The notes under the pieces: generated by a model
What the model was told of the DNA's origin: nothing
The model's database searches: none
The model's input: only the letters and a program-made list of their open reading frames with translations
In this document: piece by piece, positions 62,278 to 64,000 of the stretch
Numbering within the stretch: position 1 is the first letter of the stretch
How the letters are laid out: each line of letters begins with the position of its first letter
Assembly: GCF_006345805.1 (NCBI RefSeq)
Contig: NC_043004.1
Location: 37,758,001 to 37,822,000, forward strand
Direction of reading: 5' to 3'
Length of the DNA: 64,000 bases
From: Octopus sinensis
Lineage: Eukaryota
Program-made: the position numbers and the translations under genes

Positions 62278-64000
62278 CTACATAAATATATAGTGCAAAT
62301 TATTACTTAAATTGCACAACAGCTAACCAGTATTTAGAACTCCAAGTATATTTTATTTACTTTATTTACATTCGATGGATATTTGTCCTCATCTCAATAG
62401 TTGTTAACACAACGTCGAATGTAAATAATGTTCATAATTCCTCATTCCTTAAATATAGAACTGTATTATCCATGTGAATTCTTCTTCATGTTGTTGTCCT
62501 CGTATTATTTGGTATGAGTCCATAGTTTAACCCTTTCGTTACTGTATTTATTTTGAGATGCTCTGTGTTTCTTTCAGTTAATTTTAAATACAACAAAATA
62601 ACTTAGTTATCCTTAAACTAGTTAGGAACATAAATTGTTACTAAGGTTTAGTGGAAGATTTTAATGCAAAACTTATGAAAACAAAACATTTGTGCTACAG
62701 AGCCAGTTTCAGCCAGGTTGGTATCGAAAGGGTTAAATATGCCACTGAGTACATTTTCGACATGTACTCTGTGATAGATATACTGGGATTGATTATGATA
62801 TTTAATTACACCATCTTAATTATGTTGCATTTACAAAAAAAATATAAATTACACTATGTAAATTATATAATCAAAATGTATTGTAATGTCAATAGAGATG
62901 TGTAACCTTAACAATCTCTCGTGTTTTGTCTTGTTTTATATATACTATTGGCACAGACCTGACTGTGTGGTAAGAAGTTTGCTTCCCAACCACAGGGTCT
63001 TGGGTTCAGTCTCACTGCATGGCATCTTGAGCAAGTGTCTTGTACTGTAGCCCAAGCTGATCAAAGCCTTGTGAGTGAATTTAGTAGACAGATGGAAGCT
63101 TGTGTGTGTGTCTTTTTGTTTGTTCCTCAGCTCGACTGACAACTGGTGTTGGTTTGTTTATACTCTTGTAACTAAGTTCTGCAAAAGGCACTGATAGAAT
63201 AAGTACTATGCTTTAAAGAAACAACTATTGGGGTTGATTCATTTGACTAAAACTTGCTATCATATCAGATGATGTCCTATCATCGTCAGTCTTCAACCTG
63301 TAAGAAACAAGAATTGTTCACTATTTTCAGCAATGAAAATCTATATGAAGAGGTTTAAGTGCCACAGTCTGTAGAGATGTGTAACCTTAAAAATCTCATG
63401 TTTTGTCTTGTTTTGTATATACTATTGGCACAAACCTGACTGTGTGGTAAGAGGTTTGCTTCCCAACCACATGGTCTCACTGCATGGCAAGGATGGTTCC
63501 TGGACAACAAGTCCTATATCCTAGCTGTAAAAAGCTACCTGGTCCTTTGACTGTTGAGCCCACCTATAGCACATTACTTTTCTGTCAAAGTGAATTGCCT
63601 TAGCTTCTATCTCAATAGACTTGATCACAAAGTGGCTGGGTTATTTTCCCATAGCTACGTCAGTGATTGATGGACACCAGGATATGTCCACACAGTGATG
63701 GAGCTTTGCACCTCATCTCTGAAACCTACTATTCTGAGATCCCCAGTCATTTAGCCTGTCTAGATGCTGTCTAGATTTTGTGTGTGACCCCACAGAGATA
63801 ACCTAAGAGTCTTTCTCATATCAAACCTTCTTAACAAATACACATTGGCTAGAATGCCTTTGATCATAGTTATACTCAATCAGATTGACTTTGGTTTAAA
63901 CAACAATACTACAGTTAATTATTAAATGTTTAATTTGTCAACATAACTTCATTTATTTTAAATTTTTACATCAGTGATGTGAAAAATGGTGATCATGCTG
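34537..64000 (+). CDS. CBR1: Carbonyl reductase [NADPH] 1-like, copy B (truncated by the window end in exon 6)
   Basis: join(34537-34554,50829-50910,51931-52109,52818-52930,61728-61856,63975->64000); exon lengths and phases identical to copy A; [20 protein letters not shown]. Confidence 0.92.
35546..36042 (+). mobile_element. 5'-truncated CRE-like (RLE endonuclease) non-LTR element with poly(A) tail
   Basis: Open frame 35560-36000: [48 protein letters not shown]...ERKKTLKY...FETFG...[11 protein letters not shown]; A12 tail. Confidence 0.8.
36123..36368. mobile_element. Mariner-type MITE
   Basis: ttggtgcataattattgcggc / gccgcagtaattatgcaccaacccaata; arms palindromic. Confidence 0.75.
37957..38538 (+). 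repeat. 5' LTR (582 bp)
   Basis: TGTAAGAATT...CACTACA; AATAAA at 38475. Confidence 0.97.
38541..38551 (+). other. Primer-binding site complementary to the tRNA-Trp 3' end
   Basis: TGGTGACCCCG, 2 nt after the LTR. Confidence 0.8.
38694..39529 (+). CDS. gag: gag (Mag-type capsid plus CWYH..C knuckle), broken by 1-bp indels as assembled
   Basis: [22 protein letters not shown]...; [14 protein letters not shown]; reconstructed end SGNGTARN*. Confidence 0.8.
39505..39566 (+). promoter_or_regulatory. Predicted -1 ribosomal frameshift signal (G GGA AAC plus H-type pseudoknot)
   Basis: Heptamer 39505-39511 in gag phase; stem 1 39517-39527/39540-39550; stem 2 39532-39536/39562-39566. Confidence 0.7.
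39505..42638 (+). CDS. pol: pol (protease, RT, RNase H, integrase with GPY motif), 1-bp indels as assembled
   Basis: [54 protein letters not shown]. Confidence 0.93.
43228..43240 (+). other. Polypurine tract
   Basis: AGAAGGGGGGTAG abutting the 3' LTR. Confidence 0.85.
43241..43825 (+). repeat. 3' LTR (585 bp)
   Basis: Differs from the 5' LTR by about 2 substitutions and 3 single-base indels. Confidence 0.97.
44826..45045. mobile_element. piggyBac-type MITE
   Basis: TTAA TSD, CCCTTTCGTTAC TIR; same family as 31203. Confidence 0.9.
45518..45927 (+). mobile_element. SINE family A
   Basis: Full head, body and tail. Confidence 0.88.
46760..47095. mobile_element. Inverted pair of Penelope-like short-element pieces around (CA)n(TA)n
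   Basis: Both outer ends ...tttggattaactatata; homologous to 25787-25995. Confidence 0.65.
47142..47790 (-). mobile_element. Retrozyme-like / non-autonomous Penelope-like element: 480-bp monomer plus 169-bp identical partial repeat
   Basis: 47142-47310 identical to 47622-47790; no long ORF; HHR inside; abuts (TA)n. Confidence 0.8.
47286..47333 (-). ncRNA. Type I hammerhead ribozyme (predicted cleavage AUA^ between 47293 and 47292)
   Basis: AGGCCUG-CUGAUGA-U UAC GUAA GUA U-GAAA-UCA CUG UGA-UA^CAGGUCU: 7-bp stem I, GNRA-capped stem II, palindromic stem III. Confidence 0.8.
48208..49912 (+). repeat. Tandem array (~320-340 bp units with ~45 bp sub-repeats) of the RTE 3' UTR, ending in (GAT)n
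   Basis: gaagacccggcaagactagtcagg recurs at ~48303, 48637, 48978, 49296. Confidence 0.9.
50829..50910 (+). CDS. CBR1: CBR1-like B exon 2
   Basis: [27 protein letters not shown]. Confidence 0.95.
51931..52109 (+). CDS. CBR1: CBR1-like B exon 3
   Basis: [10 protein letters not shown]...[15 protein letters not shown]. Confidence 0.95.
52818..52930 (+). CDS. CBR1: CBR1-like B exon 4
   Basis: [37 protein letters not shown]. Confidence 0.95.
53223..53642 (+). mobile_element. SINE family A
   Basis: Full copy. Confidence 0.88.
54273..54444 (+). mobile_element. SINE family A 5' half (3' half at 60215-60445), split by an RTE insertion
   Basis: Head ends in (TA)n; body resumes after (AT)n at 60215. 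Confidence 0.85.
54445..57745 (-). repeat. Hierarchical satellite-like array derived from the RTE 3' UTR
   Basis: Recurrent cacttgcctcaacaggtcttcacaagtgtca, (TTGAT)n and gtgccaccgacacaggtgccag modules. Confidence 0.9.
54445..60214 (-). mobile_element. RTE LINE (APE end, RT, C-terminus) with a 3' UTR expanded to ~3.3 kb
   Basis: [38 protein letters not shown]; (CAT)n tail at 54445. Confidence 0.92.
60745..60970 (-). mobile_element. SINE family B
   Basis: Reverse complement of 23697-23917. Confidence 0.8.
61728..61856 (+). CDS. CBR1: CBR1-like B exon 5
   Basis: [24 protein letters not shown]...QFV. Confidence 0.95.
62531..62732. mobile_element. piggyBac-type MITE (opposite orientation to 31203 and 44826)
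   Basis: TTAA TSD, CCCTTTCG TIR. Confidence 0.88.
63975..64000 (+). CDS. CBR1: CBR1-like B exon 6 (start only)
   Basis: cag|T GAT GTG AAA AAT GGT GAT CAT GCT = DVKNGDHA. Confidence 0.9.

Overview
AT-rich, repeat-dense animal genomic DNA. The SINE/LINE families look like Octopus or another coleoid cephalopod (inference; no database check). Host genes: two tandem, same-strand (+) carbonyl reductase [NADPH] 1-like (CBR1-like, SDR family) genes. Copy A is complete, with 8 coding exons (5516-31006, 277 aa). Copy B starts at 34537 and runs off the window end in exon 6. Introns and spacers hold many mobile elements: a very young, full-length Ty3/gypsy LTR element (37957-43825; ~99% identical LTRs, ACTT TSD, tRNA-Trp PBS, -1 frameshift heptamer plus pseudoknot); several RTE LINEs whose 3' UTR has expanded into satellite-like arrays; Tx1/L1, CR1, CRE and R4/Dong-like LINE fragments; a pogo-type DNA transposon; hAT, piggyBac and mariner MITEs; Helitrons; tRNA-derived SINEs; and microsatellites. 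The most unusual signal is a set of hammerhead-ribozyme (HHR) elements. One is a non-coding 480-bp partial tandem (47142-47790) carrying an apparently complete type I HHR on the minus strand, the architecture of a retrozyme or non-autonomous Penelope-like element. A second (492-bp partial tandem, 32088-32706) has a one-nucleotide core lesion, and there are several decayed relatives. All structures were read by eye and nothing was computed; many element boundaries are approximate.
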